This document shows, piece by piece, positions 16,116 to 23,178 of a stretch of 41,272 bases of DNA (position 1 is the stretch's first letter; the number at the start of each line of letters is the position of its first letter). The notes beneath the pieces are model-generated. The model ran no database searches and was not told the DNA's origin. It saw only the letters and a list, made by a program, of their open reading frames with translations. A program made the position numbers and the translations under genes. The stretch lies in IMG/VR virus record IMGVR_UViG_3300020215_000038, positions 1-41,272 of that record; one strand, written 5' to 3'. The DNA is from a virus.

Positions 16116-16850
16116 ATGTCGATCTTCTCGAAGCTTTTCGGGTCTTCCAAGAAGGATGCCACCTACCGAGGCCCCGAGCCTTACGCCTCGCTCGAACAGG
16201 CCAAAGGCGGCCGCGAGTCGCTCGAGGAATTAAAGCGCCGCCTCCGAGGCGAGGGGGTCGGCTTCGGGGCAAACTACGCCGATCGCGCGGCAAGCCCCGT
16301 CATCGCCAGGATGCGAAACACCTACAACACGACGGTCCGGCCCGAGCTTGAGTCGGAACTGACCCTCACCGGCCGCCGGCGCGGGTCGGCTGGCTTCGAC
16401 CAGTTACGGCGTTCCCTTATGGATCAGAGCTTCGCCGAGGGCGACGTATGGAGCGGCCTCTATCAGCAAGACGAGGCCCAGAAGCGAAACGAGATAAACG
16501 ACGCTTTGGATGACATACAGGAATTCGCCCGGGCCGATGCGGGGCAGCAAGGGGCTTACGTTGGGCATGTGAGAGGACTCCATGATGCGGAGGTCGCAAG
16601 GGCCGACGCAAGGCGTGCCGCTGAGTCAGAAGGAATGAAAAGGCTCGGACAGGCTGGACTCTCTATCGCCGCGGCGCCTTTCACCGGCGGGGCATCGCTT
16701 GCGGCGCTTCCGGCGGTGACTAGCGCCTCGTCTCACGATTACTCGGGTATGGCTTCCAATCCACGGGCCAATATTGGTTATGGCCGCTCCGGAAATTCAC
16801 TCAATCAGCGCTTGGCTATGAAAAGGGCCCTTATGGGAGGTTATCGCTAA
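16116..16850 (+). CDS. Internal-virion/ejection-like protein (244 aa)
   Basis: SD aaggag upstream; low-complexity R/A/G-rich; position at end of late operon. Confidence 0.55.
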   Translation: MSIFSKLFGSSKKDATYRGPEPYASLEQAKGGRESLEELKRRLRGEGVGFGANYADRAASPVIARMRNTYNTTVRPELESELTLTGRRRGSAGFDQLRRSLMDQSFAEGDVWSGLYQQDEAQKRNEINDALDDIQEFARADAGQQGAYVGHVRGLHDAEVARADARRAAESEGMKRLGQAGLSIAAAPFTGGASLAALPAVTSASSHDYSGMASNPRANIGYGRSGNSLNQRLAMKRALMGGYR

Positions 16851-17854
16851 TGACTCCATACGAAGACATCCGGGTCGCTCTAGGCGGGCGCAGGAAGCCT
16901 CTAATCGGCAACGAGCAAACCGCGCATTTTGCCCGAGAACTGAAAAAGGCCGGAAACATCCTTTTTACGGGAAAGGATGAGTCGGCTGAGAAGTCGGACA
17001 CTTCAGACCTCGACCTCGCCATTAAATACAACCAAGCCATGACCGGAACGCCCGATTTTGAACTTAAAAAAGCGCGCGTCATGGCCGACGTCCGAGGCCA
17101 GGAGGCCCTAGAGCTCGAACGGGCAAAGCGCGGCATGGCTCAACAGGACTATCGGGCGGCGCTTGAAAGGGAAGGCGGCGCTCCTCAGCGTGGACGCAAG
17201 TATGACGCGAGCCTGGGGGCCTTTGTAGACGAACCCGAGCCTGCGAGCGTCAAGACGCTGCGCCTTAAAGAACTGGATTCGCTGGCTGGCACGGCTGAAA
17301 ACGTGCGCCAGCAATCCGGCGCAGTTGAACGCGCAACCCGGTCGCTTCCGAATGTCAAAACCGGCCTATGGCATAACGCTAGGCGCGGCTTTTTAAGACT
17401 GACCGGCCAGGACGTTCCAGAGCTTGCTGATTGGCAAGGCTTAAAATCCATTCTCACCAACACGCAGCTTGATTATTCGGACCGGACGAAAGGCGCGATT
17501 TCTGACAGAGAAATGGCGACTTTTGCGAAAGCCGTCGCCAATGACGACTTCGCGACCGTTATGCAGATGAAGCATGTGCTCAGGGCCTACTACGACAAAC
17601 TACACGGTGGCCTCGAGTCCGGTATGAGCGCCTACGAGGATATGTTCAACGACGATCCGAGAAAGTATAAGTCGTTGCAGAATCTTCCGGCTAAAGACCC
17701 GAATCTGTTCGGCGACCCCCGAGCCGCCGGAGCGGCCGGACAGGGCAACACGCCAAACATGCCAAGCTTCGCAAGCCCCGAGGAAGCAGACGCCTCCGGC
17801 CTTCCGGCTGGAACGATCGTTATGGTGAGCGGGAGGAGGTACGAAATTGGGTAG
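16850..17854 (+). CDS. Internal-virion/ejection-like protein (334 aa)
   Basis: TAATG junction; position. Confidence 0.55.
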   Translation: MTPYEDIRVALGGRRKPLIGNEQTAHFARELKKAGNILFTGKDESAEKSDTSDLDLAIKYNQAMTGTPDFELKKARVMADVRGQEALELERAKRGMAQQDYRAALEREGGAPQRGRKYDASLGAFVDEPEPASVKTLRLKELDSLAGTAENVRQQSGAVERATRSLPNVKTGLWHNARRGFLRLTGQDVPELADWQGLKSILTNTQLDYSDRTKGAISDREMATFAKAVANDDFATVMQMKHVLRAYYDKLHGGLESGMSAYEDMFNDDPRKYKSLQNLPAKDPNLFGDPRAAGAAGQGNTPNMPSFASPEEADASGLPAGTIVMVSGRRYEIG

Positions 17855-19094
17855 ATTCCTGGACGAACCGGCGGCGCCGAGGCGTGGACGGTTTTTGGAT
17901 GAATCACCGTCACTTGTCGATGTATTGCCAGGAGCGCGAGCGGCGAAAATCGTCGCCGACAAATATGAAGGCTTAAAAAGTGGTTTTGCGGATAGGGTCT
18001 CTAAATTAGCCCCAGATAACATATCGGTTCCCGCGCCCCGGCTTGGTTTACACACGGCACTTTTACCGAACGTTATGCCTCTCAGGCCCGTCAAAATGCC
18101 CGCCAGACAAGCAATAAAGGAGGGGGCTGAGGCGGCTTTTGACATGGCGTCGGGTGAAGTGGCGGGTCCAGCCGTCAGGACTACGGGAGCTGTAATTAAG
18201 GGAGTCTCCAAAATCCCGTCCTGGATTGGAGGCCGTGCGATTAATTTCAGAATCAAGCCGAGCAATTATCAATTTTCTTACGGTCGCAATCCGGGACAGG
18301 CCGTCGCTGAAGAAATTGGCCCGAAGCTCACTATGGGGCAACTCGAGAGAGCTGTTGGAAAGCGGTCTGCTGAGTTGGGGTCTGACGTTCAATCAAGATT
18401 AGACAAAGAAGGTTACATTGACGTTAGCGACGCCTTTGAAAATTACCTGCAAAGAATCGGAAAGCTAAACCGATCAAAGCGGGCAAATAAAGGTATCGTT
18501 GGAGACCTAAAAGATCAACTGACCGATTTTGCTGAAACCGGAATGTCTGAGATGGGGCTTCGGATGGGAGGAAATCGAGCTTATATTCCCGCCAACAAAG
18601 CTTTGGAGTTTAAGCGATTTGTTGCGGACCAGGGTTCCTTTAAGTCCCTTGATCCAGCTACTCGTTCAGTCGCAAAAGCGGTTAATAAATTCCATGCAGA
18701 CACCAATAAAGGGATCCGCAAATTTGATCCAATTGCTGGCCAGAAAAGCCATCGCCAATCGGAACTCATAGCGGCCGAGGGTGCTATTAAGGCCAGAAAA
18801 AACACAGAGCAAAGGTTTTGGCCGATAGCTTTGCAAGAGGCGGCGCTTTTGGGCGGCGCTGGAGCTGGCGGGTTTCTCGGCGCTGGCCCGGAGGGGGCAA
18901 TGGCTATTTATGCGGCATTAAAAGCGGCTCGTAGCACCCCTGGAGCCACAACGCTCGCATCGGCCATGGGACGTACAGGCAAAGGGATGCGACTGGCAGG
19001 GGAGGCTATGCAGTCGTTTCCCGACGTCAGCCCAAGAAAAGCCTTGCTAAGAATTTTAAGTAATTCAGGAAAGTCTCTAACGGCGCGGACTTAA
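17847..19094 (+). CDS. Internal-virion/ejection-like protein (415 aa, TTG start, N-terminal GRFLDE duplication)
   Basis: Strong SD gggaggagg 7 nt before TTG 17847. Confidence 0.55.
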   Translation: MGRFLDEPAAPRRGRFLDESPSLVDVLPGARAAKIVADKYEGLKSGFADRVSKLAPDNISVPAPRLGLHTALLPNVMPLRPVKMPARQAIKEGAEAAFDMASGEVAGPAVRTTGAVIKGVSKIPSWIGGRAINFRIKPSNYQFSYGRNPGQAVAEEIGPKLTMGQLERAVGKRSAELGSDVQSRLDKEGYIDVSDAFENYLQRIGKLNRSKRANKGIVGDLKDQLTDFAETGMSEMGLRMGGNRAYIPANKALEFKRFVADQGSFKSLDPATRSVAKAVNKFHADTNKGIRKFDPIAGQKSHRQSELIAAEGAIKARKNTEQRFWPIALQEAALLGGAGAGGFLGAGPEGAMAIYAALKAARSTPGATTLASAMGRTGKGMRLAGEAMQSFPDVSPRKALLRILSNSGKSLTART

Positions 19095-19239
19095 TATCCG
19101 CGAGACGTGGAACTGAATTCGCGATATGCAAAATCCAATTCGCGCACGCGCAGACAAGGCTGATGCCAAAAGCGACCAAAATAATTTTTAAGTGCTTGTT
19201 GAGCGGTGGTTCTTTTTTTGGGCTAGCTAAATAGACCAT
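19027..19239 (-). CDS. Small membrane protein (70 aa)
   Basis: ORF track; one hydrophobic segment IILVAFGISLVCACANWIL; converges on and overlaps the end of the 17847 gene by 68 nt. Confidence 0.35.
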   Translation of the reverse strand: MVYLASPKKEPPLNKHLKIILVAFGISLVCACANWILHIANSVPRLADIKSAPLETFLNYLKFLARLFLG

Positions 19240-19260
19240 AATCCGTCAATGAAAGTGGGG

Positions 19261-19578
19261 TTAGTGCTGTCTTTCAACGGAGCCGATCTTGTGACCATAC
19301 TCGTCCTTAAAAACGTACGTCTCGGGCTGGGCGAATAGGTGAGACCCAGCCTCCTTCAGGCTTTGCGCGAAAGCAGCACGCCTTGGTGTGGCGCATCCGG
19401 TAAGCACCGCCAAGCAACAAAAAAACAACGCAAGTGTGTTTAATTTATGAGCCTTAGCGCCAGATGACAGGCCGTCAACCGACTTTTTTAACGTGTCCGT
19501 TGCAAAAGAGGCGAACCTAATCGCAGCTATGGCGAATACAAACAACAACCACTTATGCTTCATTAAAAAAGACTCCAT
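19261..19578 (-). CDS. Membrane/lipoprotein-like protein, 105 aa (start refined to MESFL...), C-terminal motif TYVFKDEYGHKIGSVER
   Basis: SD aagga 5 nt upstream; TAATG junction with upstream minus-strand gene; hydrophobic segment plus LAVLTGC lipobox-like site. Confidence 0.55.
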   Translation of the reverse strand: MESFLMKHKWLLFVFAIAAIRFASFATDTLKKSVDGLSSGAKAHKLNTLALFFCCLAVLTGCATPRRAAFAQSLKEAGSHLFAQPETYVFKDEYGHKIGSVERQH

Positions 19579-19802
19579 TAATGTCCTTTCGTTTTTATAC
19601 GAGTGCCGCGATCCCATAACTCGGGATACCCGGTTTTGACGCACCAAATAAACACGCGGATCATCGAAATTGCAAAGTATAAAAGGACAAATGATTCTGC
19701 GAGTGGGTAGATATCTAAAGAGATGAATATGGCGACTGCTCCGACAAATATGAATATAATCGCGCCTTCCCTGGCCACAAACCGCTTAAAGCGACCCATC
19801 AA
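19578..19802 (-). CDS. Two-TM membrane protein (74 aa)
   Basis: ORF track; 4-nt overlap with upstream minus-strand gene. Confidence 0.55.
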   Translation of the reverse strand: MMGRFKRFVAREGAIIFIFVGAVAIFISLDIYPLAESFVLLYFAISMIRVFIWCVKTGYPELWDRGTRIKTKGH

Positions 19803-20059
19803 TCGACCCTCTCGACAGTTCCGACTTTACGACCAAGAGAATCCTTATACACATACTTTTCGCGCGGCGCCGGCGCGACGTACGGCCTCTCCTTCATTGA
19901 TTTCCCAAGAGCCTGAACACCAATCGCAGACGCCTTCACAGTATTCCCAAGAAACCCTCGAACAGCGTCCCCAAAATTTCCTTTTCGCTTCCCGTCTCCG
20001 GCGTGGGCCGTCGATACAAATAACAAAACAGCAACGATTACTCCGTAGGCTGCCTTCAT
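19799..20059 (-). CDS. Secreted protein, 86 aa (start refined to MKAAYG...), C-terminal motif KYVYKDSLGRKVGTVER
   Basis: SD aggag 6 nt upstream of ATG at 20059; MKAAYGVIVAVLLFVSTAHA/GD signal peptide. Confidence 0.6.
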   Translation of the reverse strand: MKAAYGVIVAVLLFVSTAHAGDGKRKGNFGDAVRGFLGNTVKASAIGVQALGKSMKERPYVAPAPREKYVYKDSLGRKVGTVERVD

Positions 20060-20156
20060 GGGGATCTCCTTGTTTTCATTCCTCATTACGGTAGCACAAG
20101 GAAAAGCCTTTTTGGCTAAATGGGAATGTTAATAAAAACGAAGGTCGAGGGAGGTT

Positions 20157-20474
20157 ATGGGCCACTCAAACATTGATAACTGGCTGGATTACCTCATCAA
20201 GCGTTGGCCCGTTGCCCTGGCGCTCGTGGCGCTTATCGTCGGCGTCTCGAAGACGCAATGGGTCCAGAACGCCCAGGCTGACGAAATCCGCGAAATAAAG
20301 GAATCCATCAAGTCGTTCCGGTCCGTTCAAGCCGAATGGCCCTACCTCAAGCAGCGCGTCGAGGACGTGAATAAGAAACAGGACGAAATGGCCAAAAAAC
20401 AGGAGCAAATGGCCGCCCAGCAGAACAGGATCGACTCGAAGCTCGATCTCTTACTCGAAAGGAGAGGCCGATGA
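20157..20474 (+). CDS. N-terminal TM plus coiled-coil protein (i-spanin-like or holin-associated)
   Basis: 105 aa; WPVALALVALIVGV TM then charged coiled coil; SD gggagg. Confidence 0.55.
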   Translation: MGHSNIDNWLDYLIKRWPVALALVALIVGVSKTQWVQNAQADEIREIKESIKSFRSVQAEWPYLKQRVEDVNKKQDEMAKKQEQMAAQQNRIDSKLDLLLERRGR

Positions 20475-20674
20475 GCGAAGAATCTAAGATCCTCGGCGTT
20501 TCGATCCGGGGGTGGCTGGCAATCCTGCTGACGACTACGGTTTGCGGGATGTCGATTCTTCGGGTGGAGGTTAAGGAGCCTTTATACACGGTTATCGTTA
20601 TGGCGCTTTCTTTCTATTTCGGCCAGAAAACGGCGGGCTCCAATGGCAATCAGACCGGGACCGGACCAAAGTAA
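20471..20674 (+). CDS. Two-TM small membrane protein, (pin)holin-like
   Basis: 67 aa; ATGA junction; two hydrophobic helices and a polar C-tail. Confidence 0.55.
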   Translation: MSEESKILGVSIRGWLAILLTTTVCGMSILRVEVKEPLYTVIVMALSFYFGQKTAGSNGNQTGTGPK

Positions 20675-20696
20675 GCTCGCCAGGATCGACCGCAAG

Positions 20697-20792
20697 ATGA
20701 AGTGGCACGTCGAAAACGTGTCGATGCGGTCGAAGGCGGCGGCCGTGAAGTTCAAAATAACGCTCTTTGGGATATTCAAGTTTCGGAAATGA
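20697..20792 (+). CDS. 31-aa microprotein (MKWHVENVSMRSKAAAVKFKITLFGIFKFRK)
   Basis: ATGA overlap with the next ORF start at 20789; not in track. Confidence 0.25.
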   Translation: MKWHVENVSMRSKAAAVKFKITLFGIFKFRK

Positions 20793-20902
20793 AGCGCGAA
20801 ATCCTCATGATCGCGACGGCGCCGGCGTGGCCCCTTTTCGCCATCATGTTCGCGTTCTTTGTCTTGGCCTTTTTTATCGTAAAAGGAGGAAGGCTCAAAT
20901 GA
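20789..20902 (+). CDS. 37-aa single-TM protein (MKREILMIATAPAWPLFAIMFAFFVLAFFIVKGGRLK)
   Basis: Internal ATG of track ORF 20702; ATGA junctions on both sides. Confidence 0.45.
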   Translation: MKREILMIATAPAWPLFAIMFAFFVLAFFIVKGGRLK

Positions 20903-21108
20903 GGAAGTCCATCATCACGTTCGGATTTTTAGTCTCGCTTTCGCGGGCGCTCTTTTCGCCCGTGCCTTGCGTGGCGAATCTGACGACCGGCGCGGCCGAC
21001 GTGGCCGGGCAGGCGGTCTCCGGACTCGCAGGGGAGCTGGCTAAGTTCGGCCAATGCTTCGCGGCGAATCTTGACCATCAGATCAATTCAAATCCGGATA
21101 TCGTCTGA
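20899..21108 (+). CDS. 69-aa protein with hydrophobic signal-like N-terminus
   Basis: Strong SD aaaggaggaagg upstream; ATGA junction. Confidence 0.55.
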   Translation: MRKSIITFGFLVSLSRALFSPVPCVANLTTGAADVAGQAVSGLAGELAKFGQCFAANLDHQINSNPDIV

Positions 21109-21116
21109 CGAAAAAG

Positions 21117-21162
21117 AACCTCCCCCGGTCGATCCTACCTGGACCGACTCGGGGGGTTGGTT
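21117..21162 (+). terminator. Long GC stem-loop after the small-membrane-protein cluster (weak T-tract)
   Basis: aacc-t-ccccc-ggtcg (21117-21131) pairs with cgac-tc-gggggg-tt-ggtt (21045-21062 region, i.e. 21145-21162); 13-nt loop. Confidence 0.3.
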
Positions 21163-21177
21163 CATTTGGAGCTCTGA

Positions 21178-22074
21178 GTGAGCGATCAGTTATTCACGAC
21201 CCATAAGCATGAAATCGTCCTCGACCGATTCGGGGACGATTTTTTTATACCCGTCTTCTCGGACGTCCACCGCTACGCCTACAACTGCGACGTCGACAAG
21301 TGGCATAAAACGCTAGAGTTCTTTAAAAAGCTCGAAGCCCTCCATCCGGGTCGTGTCCGCTATTTGGGCAATGGGGACTACGACGACCTTGGATCCACGT
21401 CCGAAAGGATGAAGCTTGCTCACTCGGAATTCCACGACACGACATATGACTCACTCGACGATTATATGGACAAGAGAACGAGAGACCTCTGCAAAGAACT
21501 CGAATTCATGAAAGGCCGCGTTATTGGCCTTGTAGAGGGAAATCATCACTATAGATTTGCGTCCGGCGACACCTCCACGATGCGGATGTGTCACTACCTA
21601 GGAACAAAGTATCTAGGGGGTATTTCCATCATTCGTCTCGACTTTTTATATAAAGGAGCAAAGGTCGGAAAGCGATGCTCGTTGGACATCTACGCCCACC
21701 ATACGGCAGGCTCGCGCGGAGGCGGCGGTCGGAAGGCCGGCTCATCGCTCAATAAGCTCGAGGACATGGCCGACGTTTGGGACGTCGATATCTGCATCGC
21801 CAGTCATGATCATAAAATTAATTCAGGCATCCCGGTCCGAATGTATCTGGATCGGCATATGAACGTGAAGCAGAGAGACATTCTACTTGTCCGAACAGGG
21901 AGCTTCCAAAAAGGATGGGTCCCTGGAAAGCAAGGCTACGTTCCGACTTTCAACGGAAAGCCAAACTTCCTGGGTTGCCCAATTATCAAACTCACCCCAA
22001 TCCGTGAAGGCGTTCACACGCCACACGAAACGATCAGCATCAAGAAAGCGGTCCTGATGGGGGACTACTGTTGA
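21178..22074 (+). CDS. Calcineurin-like metallophosphoesterase
   Basis: 298 aa, GTG start with ggag 6 nt upstream; motifs FSDVH, GNGDYDD, VEGNHH, YAHH, ASHDH in canonical order. Confidence 0.8.
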   Translation: MSDQLFTTHKHEIVLDRFGDDFFIPVFSDVHRYAYNCDVDKWHKTLEFFKKLEALHPGRVRYLGNGDYDDLGSTSERMKLAHSEFHDTTYDSLDDYMDKRTRDLCKELEFMKGRVIGLVEGNHHYRFASGDTSTMRMCHYLGTKYLGGISIIRLDFLYKGAKVGKRCSLDIYAHHTAGSRGGGGRKAGSSLNKLEDMADVWDVDICIASHDHKINSGIPVRMYLDRHMNVKQRDILLVRTGSFQKGWVPGKQGYVPTFNGKPNFLGCPIIKLTPIREGVHTPHETISIKKAVLMGDYC

Positions 22075-22382
22075 CAGTTCCTTTGGGCTCTAAATTCGAC
22101 TCGGAGAAGCCGCGCTGGTCGCTCGTCCCGTGGCGGGAGCTCGAGGACGTCGTCCACGTCCTGACCGCGGGCGCCCGGAAATACTCGGATGGAAACTGGA
22201 TGCACGTCGAGAATGCCCGCGACCGCTACTTTTCAGCGGCCATGCGGCACCTTGTCGCCTGGCAGGGAGGGGAGAAAAAGGACCCCGAGACCGGGCGGTC
22301 GCACCTAAGCCATGCGATATGTTGCCTTTTATTCATCTCATGGTTCGATAAGGAGGCCGAATGTCGCAATCCAAGCGAATGA
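22071..22382 (+). CDS. dATP/dGTP pyrophosphohydrolase-N-terminal-like (DUF5664-type) protein
   Basis: 103 aa; KFDSEKPRWSLVPWRELEDVVHVLTAGARKYSDGNW...AMRHLVAW..GE..DPETGRSHLSHAICCLLF matches the family pattern recalled from phages; TTGA junction. Confidence 0.6.
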   Translation: MTVPLGSKFDSEKPRWSLVPWRELEDVVHVLTAGARKYSDGNWMHVENARDRYFSAAMRHLVAWQGGEKKDPETGRSHLSHAICCLLFISWFDKEAECRNPSE

Positions 22383-22567
22383 GCTTCGTCGAGTCCCTGG
22401 CCAACGTGGCCGTCGGCTACGGAATAAACTGCGCGGCCCAGGCGATTGTCTTTCCGTGGTTCGGGATCCGCATACCGATAAGCCACAACCTGACAATAGG
22501 GCTTATTTTCACCGTTATTTCAATCGTCCGAAGCTACACCCTAAGGCGCATCTTTAACCGCAAATAA
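22361..22567 (+). CDS. Small two-TM membrane protein (68 aa)
   Basis: ORF track; hydrophobic; C-terminal RSYTLRRIFN. Confidence 0.6.
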   Translation: MSQSKRMSFVESLANVAVGYGINCAAQAIVFPWFGIRIPISHNLTIGLIFTVISIVRSYTLRRIFNRK

Positions 22568-22596
22568 TTGACAAATTGTGGCGGCCGCGCTAAACT
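22568..22596 (+). promoter_or_regulatory. Sigma70-like promoter TTGACA-17-TAAACT
   Basis: TTGACA 22568-22573, 17-nt spacer, TAAACT 22591-22596, immediately after the stop of the upstream gene. Confidence 0.35.
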
Positions 22597-22602
22597 TGCC
22601 TC

Positions 22603-22695
22603 TAGTAAAAACGCCATGAGCGTTGCCTTTCCTCTCTGCCAAGGGGGGTTGGGATTTCAAAGCCGGAGAGCCGCAAACTCTCCGGCTTTTCTTTT
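22603..22695 (+). ncRNA. Candidate ~90-nt sRNA (promoter to terminator) with C/U-rich anti-SD-like single-stranded stretch
   Basis: Hairpin 22610-22624, CCUUUCCUCUCU at 22626-22637, terminator hairpin 22661-22687 plus U-run. Confidence 0.3.
22661..22695 (+). terminator. Rho-independent terminator
   Basis: agccggagag / ccgcaaa / ctctccggct perfect 10-bp stem followed by tttctttt. Confidence 0.85.
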
Positions 22696-22755
22696 AACGT
22701 CTCGTCAGCTCATAAGTTCCAAGTTTAACCTTCAGAGCGGCGAGAACGAACCGTC

Positions 22756-22950
22756 TCAGTCGTTGTAGCCGAGGTAGTTCGCGTTGTTGTACGGGTTCCC
22801 ATCGTTCGACGTGTCGCGGTAGTGACCGCTGACGTAGGTGCCGTCCTTACGGGAATACCCCTCGATCCAATCGATTTCGGCCTTCGCTTCCGACCCCGCC
22901 ACCGAGAACACCAGCGCCAGAATGAAGAGCGAGAACACCGACTTCTTCAT
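22756..22950 (-). CDS. Secreted 64-aa protein (mature part EIDWIEGYSRKDGTYVSGHYRDTSNDGNPYNNANYLGYND)
   Basis: SD aaggagg 4-6 nt upstream; MKKSVFSLFILALVFSVAGSEAKA/E signal peptide; opposite strand to neighbours. Confidence 0.7.
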   Translation of the reverse strand: MKKSVFSLFILALVFSVAGSEAKAEIDWIEGYSRKDGTYVSGHYRDTSNDGNPYNNANYLGYND

Positions 22951-23178
22951 GGGACCCTCCTTTATTAAGGCCTAGAGTTTACCACGGAATTGACAGCTAT
23001 AGACGACAGGTGGAAAACGGACAGTAAAAAGTTCCTTTCGGCAATCTTATAAAAGTCCGTGCAAAGGCTTATTAGAATTAAATAAGCTTAAATAAATGAA
23101 TTGAACCACGCATAGGGGAGGAGTACACTTGGCCCTGACTTTTCCACAACGGAACAATCGTGTGGTAGAAGGGGTGGC
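22951..23178. other. A/T-rich divergent intergenic region; likely location of attP and promoters
   Basis: 228 bp between divergently transcribed moron and integrase; A/T-rich tract ttattagaattaaataagcttaaataaatgaattgaa; inverted repeat ccaca-N12-tgtgg before int. Confidence 0.3.
23101..23129 (+). promoter_or_regulatory. Candidate int promoter TTGAAC-17-TACACT
   Basis: Hexamers read at 23101-23106 and 23124-23129. Confidence 0.25.

Noticed and set aside
22071-22382. Possibility that the dATP/dGTP pyrophosphohydrolase-like gene marks a 2-aminoadenine (Z-genome) pathway
   Set aside because: No PurZ/adenylosuccinate-synthetase-like or DatZ-like gene is visible anywhere in this complete genome.
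22568-22768. 66-aa + strand ORF (TTG start) in the ORF track
   Set aside because: It runs straight through a perfect intrinsic terminator and an sRNA-like region. It has no RBS and a low-complexity product.
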